NCBI RefSeq assembly: GCF_003918875.1
Contig: NW_025766447.1
Location: forward strand, 3,348,001 to 3,412,000
Source of the DNA: Haliotis rubra
Taxonomy: Eukaryota
Length of the DNA: 64,000 nt
Direction of reading: 5' to 3'
Shown here: piece after piece, positions 23,801-36,254 of the stretch
Layout: each line of letters starts with the position of its first letter
Position numbering within the stretch: the first letter of the stretch is position 1
Notes under the pieces: generated by a model
Seen by the model: only the letters and a program-made list of their open reading frames with translations
The model's database searches: none
Told to the model about the DNA's origin: nothing
Translations under genes and position numbers: made by a program

Positions 23801-26800
23801 GGAGAATGTCAATGTGCAGTCCAGTGGCTCTCGGGCAGGGCCAACAGTGGCTGGAATAAGGGGCAGGGCACAGGAGAAGTCAATTGACACTGCAGAATAA
23901 GGTTGGCAGGGCATGATGGTTGACACTGCAGAATAAGGTTGGTGAGGTGGGAGGTCGGGAGAATGTCAATGTGCAGTCCCTTCTCAATGCCAACAGTGGC
24001 TGGCGGGGCAGGGCACAGCAAGTGTTGACACTGCAGAATAAGGTTGGTGATATGATGGTATGGGAGGTCGGGGAGAATGTCAATGTGCAGTCCCTCCTGA
24101 ACGCCAACAGTGGCTGGTATGGGAGGTTGGGGGCAGGCAGCACAGCAAGTGGCTTGTTGACACTGCAGAATAAGGTTGGTGATATGATGGTATGGGAGGT
24201 CGGGGAGAATGTCAATGTGCAGTCCCTTCTCAACGCCAACAGTGGCTGTCGGGGTAGGGCACAGCAAGTGTTGACACTGCAGAATAAGGTTGGTGATATG
24301 ATGGTATGGGAGGTCGGGGAGAATGTCAATGTGCAGTCCGTCCTGAACGCCAACAGTGGCTGTCGGGGCAGGGCACAGCAAGTGTTGACACTGCAGAATA
24401 AGGTTGGTGATATGATGGTATGGGAGGTCGGGGAGAATGTCAGTGTACAGTCAACTCACAGGCATACCAGTTGGTTGATTGTAAATTTGTACACACCTAA
24501 GTTGTTGAAAGTATTGGTAGGTGTAACACCAGGCTGTTAGGTGCAGCTGACCATGCTGTTTAACATGATCCAAGTAAACTATGGTCTTAGTTTTTGGATC
24601 TTATAAATGAAATATCCTCCCATGGACAGTGATTAGCACCAGTTTTCTTGCCTGGTAGTTTAGACTTTCTGTGTTATATTACTACCGATCATTTTATCCT
24701 AAATTGATAAGAAATCATGTTAAAGTTATCATTTTCATTATAGCTTACACTGAACATTATTCCATCTCAAGCTTAACTATTGTTCTTAACATCAGCCTCA
24801 GATGTTTAATATGAAATGATATTTAATACCATACTTCTGATGTACGTCTGTGTAAGGGTATATTGTGTGTCATGTGATAATCATGATGATGTCATAACTG
24901 CACAGATAGAGGACCTGAAGACCCAGCTGGAAGCTGCGCAGGGGAAATCGGGGAAGGAAGGAAGTCTTGAGGACCAGATGCTAGGGAGGACATCAGCACG
25001 GCGGAGGACGCAGGACGAGAAGTATAGGGAAGAACTGCGGAAGGTGGAGAAGGAAAGGAAAGAGGCACAGGAGGTGGTTGTTCATTGATTTTGTTGTTGT
25101 GGGGAATTCCTGATAAAGATCTTAGTTAGAACTGGACTTCAATCCAGGTGACAAGATTAGATTATAGATTATAAGGTTTGCTGACTTGGTTCATGCATAT
25201 CATCTTATCCCAGATGGGTAGATCAATACTCATCGTGTCAGTCACTGGATTGTCTGGTCCATACTTGATACTGGCTACTGCCCTATAGCTTGAATATTGC
25301 TGAATACACCGGTAAACAATAAACTTTGTGAAATGTCAAAACATCAAAAACAGGAGACAGTCATGATGATAAATGTTATCTCTTTGGACTTTGTTACATG
25401 GAAGACTAAAACTCCCCAGCATAGCTGAGACATGGTTGATGTCAAGCAATAATTGGCTGTCAACTTATCATGAACTTTTGTGATGGCTATTAAACCAAAC
25501 AGTTTATTCACAGAGGTGATGGGCTGGCATTGTGGTTGATGACTTGGGCCACAAATGCTTGGTTTTGATACTTGCCCTTGTGTCCCGGTCTGATTCTATT
25601 GTAGTCAAGAGAATCACTTAATTGTTATGGTCATTAGTGAGCGAGTGACTTTAGTTTTATGCTGCACTCAGCAGTATTACAGCTATATGGTGGCAGTCTG
25701 TAAATAATCCAGTGTGGACCAGATAATCCAGTGATCAACATCATGAGCATTGTTCTACGCAATTAGGATACGATGGCATGTGTCAACCAAGTCAGCGAGC
25801 CTGACCACCCGATCCCGTTAGTTGCCTCTTACAACAAGCATGGGTTACTGAAGACCAAATCTACCCTGGATCTTCAGGGGTAATGTTATGGTCATTAAGA
25901 TTTTGTATACTGTACTCATCACAACTGAATGATTTCTAATGCAGTGCTATATTACACGTTGATGAAACCTGGAGAGAAACTTTGAGATAGCAGAAGAAAA
26001 AACTTCATGAATTTGTTTGTGTTTGATATATATGATCATGAACAAAAAGGTTTGAGTAATCATTAAATACTGCTGTACAACACATTTCAAAATAGAATTT
26101 AGCAAAAGAAGGTATTAACAACCCATAAATGTTCATTCAGAGTTTAGAAACATTACTTAGTTCAGTTTAAATGTTATTGAAGACTCTGTGATGGTGTCCA
26201 CGTGAAGCATGTAATGACATTGAGTTTTAACTGCAGAGGGCTGCTTCTGAGCTGAAGGCCTTGGAAGAAGATCATTCCACACTGAAAAACAAAATGGATG
26301 CTTGCAAAGCAAGGTACTTGAACATTTATTTTTCTTATATCAATCCTTCCAAATACACTTTGCTGCAAAAGTATTTTCTTACTCAAAATGATTGATGTGT
26401 GTGTTCAGGAACAAGGTGCTGTCCAATGAGACCAAGTCCCTGAAGCAGCAGATACAGACTCTCCTGGAGAAGGGAAAGAATGACGATGAGCTGGTGCAGG
26501 CCCTCATGGTGAGTGTCAGCAGGGTGTGAGATGGTGGTGAGTGTCAGCAGGGTGGGAGATGATGGTGAGTGTCAGCAGGGTGTGAGATGGTGGTGAGTGT
26601 CAGCAGGGTGTGAGATGATGGTGAGTGTCAGCAGGGTGGGAGATGGTGGTGAGTGTCAGCAGGGTGGGAGATGGTGGTGAGTGTCAGCAGGGTGGGAGAT
26701 GGTGGTGAGTGTCAGCAGGGTGGGAGATGATGGTGAGGTCAGCCAGGTGTGAGATGATGGTGGAGTGTCAGCAGGGTGGAGATGATGATGGTGAGTGTCA

Positions 26801-29800
26801 GCAGGGTGGGAGATGATGGTGAGTGTCAGCAGGGTGGGAGATGATGGTGAGAATGTCAGCAGGGTGGGAGATGATGGTGAGTGTCAGCAGGGTGGAGAGA
26901 TGGTGGTCAGCAGGGAGTGTCAGCAGTGTCAGCAGGGGGGGTGGGAGATGATGGTGAGAGTGTCAGCAGGGTGGGAGATGATGGGTGAGTGTCAGCAGGG
27001 TGTGAGATGGTGGTGAGTGTCAACAGGGTGGGAGATGATGGTGAGTGTCAGCAGGGTGGGAGATGATGGTGAGTGTCAGCAGGGTGTGAGATGATGGTGA
27101 GTGTCAGCAGGGTGTGAGATGATGGTGAGTGTCAGCAGGGTGGGAGATGATGGTGAGTGTCAGCAGGGTGGGAGATGGTGGTGAGTGTCAGCAGGGTGGG
27201 AGATGATGGTGAGTGTCAGCAGGGTGGAGATGATGGTGAGTGTCAGCAGGGTGGGAGATGACAGGGTGGTGAGTGTCAGCAAGGTGGGAGATGATGGTGA
27301 GTGTCAGCAGGGTGATGGTGGAGATGGTGAGAGGATGGTGAGTGTGTGTCAGCAGGGTGGGAGATGATGGTGAGTGTCAGCAGGGTGGGAGATGATGGTG
27401 AGTGTCAGCAGGGTGGGAGATGATGGTGAGTGTCAGCAGGGTGGGAGATGATGGTGAGTGTCAGCAGGGTGGGAGATGATGGTGAGTGTCAGCAGGGTGG
27501 GAGATGATGATGTGGGAGGGTGAGATGATGGTGAGTGTCAGCAGGGTGGAGAGATGGTGGTGAGTGTCAGCAGGTCAGCAGGGGAGATGGTGGTGAGTGT
27601 CAGCAGGGTGGGAGATGATGGTGAGTGTCAGCAGGGTGGGAGATGATGGTGAGAGTGTCAGCAGGGTGGGAGATGATGGTGAGTGTCAGCAGGGTGGGGA
27701 GATGATGGTGGAGTGTCAGCAGGGTGGGAGATGATGGTGAGTGTCAGCAGGGTGGGAGATGGTGGTGAGTGTCAGCAGGGTGGGAGATGATGGTGGTGAG
27801 TGTCAGCAGGGTGGGAGATGATGGTGAGTGTCAGCAGGGTGGGAGATGATGGTGAGTGTCAGCAGGGTGGGAGATGATGGTGAGTGTCAGCAGGGTGGGA
27901 GATGATGGTGAGTGTCAGCATGGGGTGGGAGATGAGTGGTGAGTGTCAGCAGGGTGGGAGATGATGGGTGTCAACAGGGTGGGAGATGATGGTGAATGTC
28001 AGCAGGGTGGGAGATGATGGTGAGTGTCAGCAGGGTGGGAGATGATGGTGGGTCAGCAGGGTGGGAGATGATGGTGACAGGGTGGGAGAGTGTCAGCAGG
28101 GTGGGAGAGATGATGGTGAGTGAGTGTCAGCAGGGTGGGAGATGGTGAATGTCAGCAGGGTGGGAGATGATGGTGAGTGTCAGCAGGGTGGGGGTGGGAG
28201 AGATGATGGTGAGTGTCAGCAGGGTGGGAGATGATGGTGGTGAGAGTGTCAGCAGGGCAGGATGAGTGATGGTGAGGACATGGTGGGGAGATGATGGTGA
28301 GTGTCAGCAGGGTGGGAGAGTGTGATGGCGGGTGCAGGGTGGGAGATGATGGTGTCAGCAGGACAGGGTGGGAGATGGTGATGTGAGCAGGGTGGACATG
28401 GTGAGGAGATGATGGTGAGGGTGGACAGGGTGGGGAGATGGTGGTGAGTGAGGTGGACAGGGTGGGGAGATGGTGGTGAGTGTGGACATGGTGGGAGATG
28501 ATGGTGGTGATGGTGGGTGGACAGACAGGGATGGGTGATGGACAGGGTGGACAGGGTGGACTGGGAGATGGTGGTTAGGGTGGACAGGGTGGGAGATGGT
28601 TGTTAGGGTGGACAGGGTGTGAGTTGCTGGTGAGGGTGGACAGGGTGGGAGATAATGGCAATGGTTGGACAGGGTGGGAGATGTTAGCCAGGTATTGTTG
28701 AACATAGCTTTCTATCCTTATTTAAACCATCCCCTGGTAAATGCCCTTGTGTCCATCCTGACAGAGGCAGCTACAGCAGCTGAAGCAGATGTTGGAGGCT
28801 TCAAATGTGCACCAGCAGAGTAACATGGAGCGTCACCAGGAGAAGTTGAAGGACATGAATGTCAAGGTGCAGCAGGACAACAACATCGTGGAGCAGCTCA
28901 AGGCCATAGTTGCGAGAAGGAGCAGAAGGTCAAGGTCTTGGAGAGTGAGATCCATCAGATGAAGCTCAATGTAAGCGCTCACATCATTTTCATTGTTGTT
29001 GCTCCTGTTGTTGTTACGGTTAGATGTGCTGTCATGGATCATAGCTTGAAATTATTGTGCATTATTACTCAATTTACCCTTTCAGCTTGTATCCCTGAAT
29101 ATTTTCACATATCTTCATTTTCTAGTATCTGTAAATGCTACTGCAGTAAATAATTGTTTCTTGTAAGTGACACATATATCTGTATTGTATGCAACACGTG
29201 ACACACTTTGTGCAATACATGAACAGAATAAAGTCAGCAGAGTATGTGAAACACCTGTTTAAGCAAAATTATTTCAGAAGATGTGTAATTATTGGTTTCA
29301 CTTTGAATAATAACATGTCAGTAAGTACTCCATGGCTTGATGTATTATTATTGCTGGGACCATTAAGTTGATTGAGAGGAATCTTTGCTCAATTTGTGGA
29401 TGTTATAGATACTACCATAGTGACAACTTGTTCTTATTCTGGAGCTCCTTAGCCTGTGTTAGCGCCAGGAATATTGGTAGAAATAGAGAGAAAGTATAGT
29501 TTACCTATATTGGAAGTACTTCCTGTGTGTGTGTAGCACATCCAACGAGCCCAGATGGAGAGCGTGTCAGCCATGTTCCAGGAGCCACGCCCACCCTCTG
29601 GACCAGTCAGCAGTCGCCCTGGCACAGTGGCATCAGATGGTGGAGATACTATTGTCCTTACAACAGTCACACCACCAGAATCAAGGTACAAACTAGGTCC
29701 ACTAGTCTAGTCACTAATCACTAGTCACAGACAATGCAGACAGTGTATTTGACACTAATTCAGTCATTCAGTTACACCTGAAATGTTTGAAACATTACAG

Positions 29801-32629
29801 ATCTTTGAGGGGTTTGTTATTTTCATATTCCCTGGCTCCAGTGTGGGATGGGTCTAAATTTACTACCCAGGTAACTAAAACTCTTTTACCCGACCCTGCC
29901 TTCATCGCTACTATCGTTGACTACATTATTCACAGTTGGTTATGAATACATGCCATATTTATTGGTGTAATCTGTACACATGTTCTAAATACATGCCATA
30001 TTTTTGGGTGTATTATGCACAAATGGAACCGGATAATCCTGTGGGTACCCACATCACACTCAGGATTCACCCAGTCCGGGTACCTGAGTTACCTGTCCCC
30101 GCCCGAGTAGGATGTGCACTGTACCTGCTTGATGATATGTATGTCTCAAGCCTCAGATCATGCAGACTGAATACTTGTGATGTTATTTCAGACAAAGTGA
30201 CCGGCCACCGACCAGCAACAGGATTGTAGAGAGTGCCAGATCTCTGTCGCGAGTCTCTGCCAGACCGACATCAGCAAGGTGAGTACAGTTGTGTATGGGG
30301 TTTCTGTAGGCACATTAAGATTTATCTTGCCTCACACATAAATGTCGTTTTCTGATTGGCTTAGAGCTCTTCTATTATTTTCAATGTAACCTGCTTACAA
30401 GCAAGTAACATTTTCTATGTACCCTGCTGGGAATGCCGAACTCATTTGGTACTTTGTAGCAGTAATTCTTTATCTCGAATAACATTGAATGATGTACGGA
30501 AATTACCGATGTTTTGCAAATGCAAATCGATGGAAGGGGGATAACTCTTGTTGTCTGCTACTCCATACTATGATCCGAAATGCGTGCTTCAAACAGTTCG
30601 AAATTACCATTGAGGTGTGCGGTAAGATAAATACGTTGTTCACTGGTCCCTCGGGGCCCATGGGTTGATGTACCCTTGATGTTTCTTTATGTTCTTGCTC
30701 AGGGAACATAAACAAACATCGAAGGTACATCAGCCCATGTCCTCCTAGAGACCAGTGAACAACTTATATTGTTTTCAATTAATACCAACAGATCATTGAC
30801 TTATATTGTAATAAGACCCTGATTAGAAATCAGTAACACATGCTTGTTGTAAAAAGCGACTAACGGGATCAGGTGGTTGGGTATGGTGATTTGGTTGATG
30901 CATAATAACATCTGCCAACTCTGTTGATCTTTGCTGAACATATTAGTCACTGGTCCAGACTATTTACAACCCACCATCATATTGTTGGATTATTGCTGGA
31001 TCGGGCCTTATACAACAAATATTTAATGATTCCCTGACTGTGGTTGTGTTGGTAGCAACATGAACGGCAACAACATGGTGTCTGGAATGGCTGAGCTCCA
31101 GTACCAGTGTCAGGAGTACCACACCATGATGCAGGTGGCTGACGTCGAGCGGGAGAAGCTATCCGAGCTGGTGCATGTTCTACAAAAGAGGTGACTAGAT
31201 AACTACAAAGTTGTAGTGTTTCTTTCCTTTTGATGTTTAATGTGTGAACTTCATAAGGCACCAATTTACATTTTGCAACAATATGTTTCATGTACTTGAA
31301 ATCCCACAAATCTTCCTCTTTCATCCCACTGTTTCAGGATTGTGTTGTACCTATTAACTTCACATGATAGTGAGCATTTCTTCTGCATAATTTCTGACCT
31401 TTTGAAAACATTTATGAACTTGAACTTGATGGAGGTTTCAGGAATGTAATTGATCGTGAAAACAGGTGGACAAGTAGCGTCTGTGCTTCTGTATGTGATA
31501 CTTATTCAATTCATTATGAGGGGCGGTGAGGTAGCCTAGTGGTTAAAGCATTGGCTCATCATGCCGAAGACCCGGGTTCAAATCCCCACATGGGTACAAT
31601 GTGTGAAACCCATTTCTGGTGCCCCCCCGCCGTGATGTTGCTGGAATATTGCTAAAAGCGGCGTAAAAATCAAACTCAGTCAGTCAGTCAATTCATTATG
31701 AAAAGTGAGAAAGTGACAAGATTTTTCGGTAACTATTGCCTTTATACCATTTTACTTCAGGATTGATGAAACATCAAGCAAAGTGAATGACATGCAATCA
31801 GAGCTAATCCAAGAAAGGAAAAAGAATGTTGTGTTAGAGAAAAAGCTTGGCAAAGCCAAGTTAGACCCAGCCTTAACGTCCAGGAGTAGTGCTAATGTGA
31901 AGACAGGCAGAATGCAGACAGGCAAGACATCGGCCTCTACCGTCAGGGAGTCCATCACCAACCTCGACAATGTAGACAAGTTGGACCAAACAGAGATCGA
32001 GGAACTCATCACTAGGTGAGTATACATTGCTTCATCAGATTGGAAAGTACACCAAATATACAATCAGTCAGAACTGTTGGCACTGGTACCCACAAATTAG
32101 GGCCAGTTAGCTGAGGCTCCACAAGTCAATGTGCTGAGTTGCCTCCCTTCAGTGTGCCAGAAACCTATGGACAGGGGTTTGAATTCCTGATTAAGTTTTT
32201 GGTTTGTTGGCTCCAAACCAGTGTGTGTCGGTTTTACCAAAGAGGTAAACATCCAATAATGTCTTGCTCGTAAGGTTTTCCTTCCTCAACAACTTGACAT
32301 AACGTGATATAACTGAAATACTGTAAATGTATACTCACTCACATGAATTGAGACGCATGTATATATTCAATGTTCAGGATTGATTTGGTTTAGCTTATTT
32401 ATTTCAGCTGAGATATTTAAATGTGATAAAATTTTATAGAAATGTTTGCATTGGTTCCAGTCTTGAAATCCAGCGTGATGAAAATGATGCCCTCAAGGTG
32501 GCACTACAGAGCACTCTGAAGGCTAAGGAGGAGGACCTGAAGCTCTACAGTGACACAATGGATGAAACCAAGAAAGTATTCCTCCAGGCTCTCCGACAGT
32601 TCAAAGGAAAACCTCAGACATCATCTTGA
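17844..32629 (+). CDS. CCDC13: Coiled-coil domain-containing protein 13 (centriolar satellite/cilia protein); 16 coding exons, three damaged in this assembly
   Basis: Exons 17844-18005, 18644-18715, 18977-19082, 19852-20061 (split), 20959-21045 (GC donor), 22895-23014, 23781-~23901 (garbled), 24906-25073, 26237-26313, 26409-26508, 28765-28970 (1 nt short), 29537-29685, 30192-30278, 31056-31190, 31761-32015, 32461-32629. Phases match; diagnostic peptides DENGRLYKLLSERDFEI, KIVELSKK, EVGENVNVQSLL..WRGRAQQ, KGKNDDELVQALM. Confidence 0.93.
19325..19690 (+). mobile_element. Degenerate SINE with Deu/Nin-like core
   Basis: ttcacccagcagtgaatgggtacc core and (att)n-like tail. Confidence 0.5.
20259..20498. 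mobile_element. 240-bp hAT-like MITE
   Basis: Perfect 16-bp TIR caggggtggaaataac; flanking ccatg direct repeat (5 bp). Confidence 0.8.
21048..22431. repeat. 46-bp minisatellite, ~30 copies
   Basis: Unit atgtcacgtacacactaaactctgtatatattccccattgctgtag. Confidence 0.97.
23228..23550. mobile_element. MITE with PIF/Harbinger-like termini
   Basis: TIR gggaccgttcataat / attatgaacgatccc, with internal ttttgtaca repeats. Confidence 0.65.
23793..24452 (+). repeat. 114-bp tandem repeat made of CCDC13 exon sequence plus splice donor
   Basis: Unit starts at 24196, 24310 and 24424; encodes EVGENVNVQSLLNANSGWRGRAQQVLTLQNK plus 21 nt of intron. Confidence 0.95.
25637..25883 (-). mobile_element. Family B short retroposon
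   Basis: TSD tgttatggtcatta (25623-25636, 25884-25897). Confidence 0.85.
26506..28680 (+). repeat. 28-bp G-rich minisatellite (~65 clean units, then degenerate)
   Basis: Unit atggtgagtgtcagcagggtgggagatg starting in the last codon of exon 26409-26508. Confidence 0.97.
30315..30770. mobile_element. Non-autonomous element with an inverted repeat and a long terminal hairpin (Crypton-like architecture, tentative)
   Basis: atttatcttgcctcacac (~30319) inverted at ~30614-30632, followed by a ~60-bp stem hairpin at 30635-30763. Confidence 0.5.
30815..31020 (+). mobile_element. Family B short retroposon, degenerate
   Basis: gaccc start; tgcttgttgtaaaaagcgactaacgggatc core. Confidence 0.7.
31520..31687 (+). 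mobile_element. Family A tRNA-derived SINE
   Basis: A box tagcctagtgg, B box ggttcaaatcc, (tcag)n tail; TSD tcaattcattatga. Confidence 0.92.
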
Positions 32630-33807
32630 TCATCAGCTACAAACACTAGGAATGTTCAGACACAACGCCAACTCACTATCTCATCATCAGCTACATACTC
32701 CCTGACAGCATCTCAGTCATTAGTCACTATGTGTCCTTTCAGTCATCCTATATAAGTCTAGCAGAATTATTGTATAATATGTTGGACAGAAGAAGGTAGA
32801 CTTGGTGAAATGTGATGTGCATAGTTTTCAGAGATTGTGTTTTGTGGCACAGTTTGATAATACAGTGTTACATCCAGTCAGGAATCTGGTGGACATCTAC
32901 GTACATTTTATATGAAAAATGAACAGTACTCCATTCCCATGTCACTGGTTAATCTTGGAAGCATTCCAGTTTTACAAGATGTCACTGTATTGAGTCAAAA
33001 GACGGTCTGAAGCCACAATACTTCTGTATGTAGGTGTCTGGTGGTAAATTCTGGTAGGTTCTTGACATGCTGACATGTTTGGAACACCACTTCATGAAGT
33101 TTGACAACCCTGCTGATGCTATTTACGCTTTCTTGGCCAATGTTTGTTTCTCGTTCATCACATGAAATGTTTTGTAAGACATTATTGTTGAGTTGATAGT
33201 AATCGTCTGTTTATATGTAGATACTATAAACATGGAAATGATATGGTCTTGCTCAAGCTTTTTTCAAATATTCCATCCATCTCTGTTCCATATGTAGCAA
33301 GTTGTCTTGTCTTGGTTTTTGATGCAGTATTTTACTGAAACTTTTTACCCTTCCTGTGAGCTTGTACATTTTATTCATGATCCTCCTCAAATATGTGCAT
33401 TATTCTTGGGTGTCTGATGAAACAAGCATAATGCTGACTAAAAAAAGATCACAATTATTTCAAATATGAGACTTAGTGGATCCTTGCATAACTTGGGGAC
33501 ACAAGGAAAACATAAGACTATGGCCTCTCATGTCCTTGGTGGTGAATGTTTTGCACTCAACATGAACATGACTTGCATCCAAACATATCAGCAACCTGTA
33601 GTCTCTTAGTTGGTGTGGGCTATGTTACATTATTGCAGACTTAAACATAAAACATTTTGCTTGGCTGTCCAGTCAAATGCCACAGAATTTTCCGTTTATT
33701 CAGTAATATTTTGCAGCAAGTCCACTGGGGATGCAGGTTCATCATCCTGCTACACAGTTTTACACAGATAATGTGATAGTCTCAGATGTTATCACATGTT
33801 TCATAAG

Positions 33808-33940
33808 AGGGAGAGAGTTTAGTTTTATGCTGCTTTCATCAATATTCCATCAGGGGACACCAGAAATGGGCTTCACACATTGTCCCCATGTGGAATCCAA
33901 CCTGAGTCTTCGGTGTGACGAGGCTACCCCCACTGCCCCC
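33808..33940 (-). mobile_element. Family A SINE, degenerate
   Basis: ggggacaccagaaatgggcttcacacattg body. Confidence 0.8.
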
Positions 33941-34597
33941 ATTCCATAATAGGAGATGCTCCAAGAAGGTACAGGTGGCTTGTAGATTCTGTTCTGGCAC
34001 TGATCATGCGAAGCTGTTTGCATTCACATCATTGCTGAAGCACATCCATTACCTTTGTTTTCATCACAATTATGATGTGAGATATGTATATTTATTCATA
34101 ATGATATGCATCTACAGTTGTTGAAAGTGTTGTTTTTCATAAAACCCAAAATGAACAAAAATGCAATGCACAAATAAACTTGATTCCAAAGTTGTCTCTT
34201 GTATGGATTATTATGTGACAAGCTGTGTTTCAAGGACTGTTCCTCTCGGGTTCCAGGGATGTAATAAGACCAGTGGCAATGACTGCATTGTGGCCCTGTG
34301 CTATGAAATGATGCTCAGGCAATCAACTTCTGGTCTGAAACTTTATCTACAGGATGCAGTATGATGTAACATGATTGAGATGACTGAATGAAAGCTGTAC
34401 AGCGGATGCAGATATTAGAGACTTAGTCTAATCAACTAATGCTGGTAAAATGTTGTGACTTATGGGTCGTTAGACATGGCAGATATAGTTGACGACTTGG
34501 TCTTCGTGTCCTGGTGGATCGTGGCTCACAATATCAGTTACTGAATTTTCCATTTCTTACATGATAATGTCAAGATGTTGGACTGGATATGGAGAAT

Positions 34598-34952
34598 CAG
34601 GGATTTACCTTGAGTTCTGTATCTGAGGGTCCTTGGGACTCATACTCTTAATTTTCAGGGGTCCTGGACTACAAAAGATGGGTCCCAGACACTTAAATAT
34701 TATTACTAGTACTGTTATTGTATTGTGTATCATGATCCTCACATTAATTGTTGCAGTAATTAAATTGCAAATGATACCATTACCCAGCTAGTAGCAAACT
34801 CAGTGATAACTTATTGTTATTTGATTGAAATTTTAACAATAAGTATTTGAACTTTTTTCTGCATCCCTGTGGATGCGCTAATAAATCTTGTTGCGTCCTT
34901 TGTCAATTTTTATGAGTATAGGACGCAGGAATTCGCGTCCTGTAAATCCCTG
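34598..34952. mobile_element. 355-bp MITE with CAGGG termini
   Basis: TIR cagggatttac / gtaaatccctg; flanking gagaat direct repeat (6 bp). Confidence 0.7.
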
Positions 34953-35419
34953 GAGAATTACTGCCAAAATCTGTACAGGCAATCTAGAAATTCTGCTAAT
35001 AAGCTGACAGATACCCTAATATACATTCCTATTCAGAGGGATATGTCAGTACAAACACGCTGACTGTATACTGAATTTGTCAATATGTAGACCCTGACAT
35101 ACAATGGGGCGAGTGAAAAGTTGTGAAACTAATTTAGACTGATTTATAATCATAACCATAATCCTCTCAATATTTGTACACTTGTGTCAAAATTGGTGGC
35201 AATTTTTTCCCGGTTTCATAAAAGACCTTTGCTTGGCTGTCCAGAAGTTCTTTAACCTGTTTACAGCTGCTATGCCATCATTTGTTGATTGAAATGGATT
35301 ATGGGTAGAGATTTCAGATGGTAGAATATACCAGATCATGAGAATAAGGTTGATGCTGAAGGAGTTCAAAGTCACACTGATGGATTGTAGCCATGGCAAT
35401 GCCTAACATATTTGATAGT

Positions 35420-35575
35420 AAGTGAGTATGGTTTTACGCCGCTTTTAGCAATATTCTAGCAATATCACGGCAGGGGGACACCAGACATGGGATTTACATG
35501 TTGTACCTATTTGGGAATCAAACCCAGGTCTCCAGCATGACGAGCAGATGCTTAATCCATTAGGCTGCCCCACCA
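35420..35575 (-). mobile_element. Family A SINE
   Basis: Reverse-strand copy of the family A consensus. Confidence 0.85.
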
Positions 35576-35635
35576 CTCTGCCTGATTTATGAACTGGTGC
35601 ATCTTTTCTCTCCTTTTAATGTCTCTTGCCCTAAA

Positions 35636-35778
35636 AGCGTTGGCTCGTCACGCCGAAGACCCGGGTTCGATTCCCCACATGGGCACAATGTGTTAAGCCC
35701 ATTTCTGGTGTCCCCCGCCGTGATATTGCTGGAATATTGCTAAAAGCGGCGTAAAACTAAACTCAGTCAGTCAGTCAG
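35636..35778 (+). mobile_element. Family A SINE, 5'-truncated
   Basis: TSD tcttgccctaaa (35624-35635, 35779-35790). Confidence 0.9.
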
Positions 35779-36161
35779 TCTTGCCCTAAATTTCATTCAT
35801 AAAACTGTCAAGGTGCACAATAACATGCACTGTCTTTGTCTATTCTTATAAAGACTGTCTGTCATTATGATACACAGTCTGAAATGATGTTGGTCTCTCT
35901 TCCAAAAGACAGGGTTTCCAGACCATATCCTCATTTAAAGACACAAAAGAGCATGAGTTGTGCATTAATTTAACAATATCGGTAAGAACTGCATCCAACT
36001 GGTTGTAACAGGTGACATATGGGGTCTGGATGTCAGACTTGCTGACATGGTTGATGAGTGTCATAGTATTCCAGTTGTGACAATAAGTGTTCATGATGTC
36101 AATCACATGGCTGTTTGCTCAAGATATATTTGTAAGACTGACATCATATATGGAAACTGGA

Positions 36162-36254
36162 CTGACTGACTGAGTTTGGTTTTACGCCGCTTTTAGCAAT
36201 ATTCCTGCAACATCACGGTGGGGGACACCAGAAATGGGCTTCACACATTGTACC
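36162..36254 (-). mobile_element. Family A SINE, 5'-truncated, nested in an old family B copy (~35985-36285, +)
   Basis: TSD tggaaactgga (36151-36161, 36255-36265); family B tail ctggaatattgctgagtgc resumes afterwards. Confidence 0.85.

Noticed and set aside
26795-28705. ORFs within the G-rich array
   Set aside because: Translations of the 28-bp repeat.
31520-31590. Family A heads as tRNA genes
   Set aside because: A/B boxes are present but continue into a shared SINE body and tail with TSDs; no acceptor stem or terminator.
17844-32629. CCDC13 as a pseudogene
   Set aside because: Thirteen exons are clean with matching phases; the three lesions lie in or beside duplicated or repetitive sequence, where consensus errors are likely.
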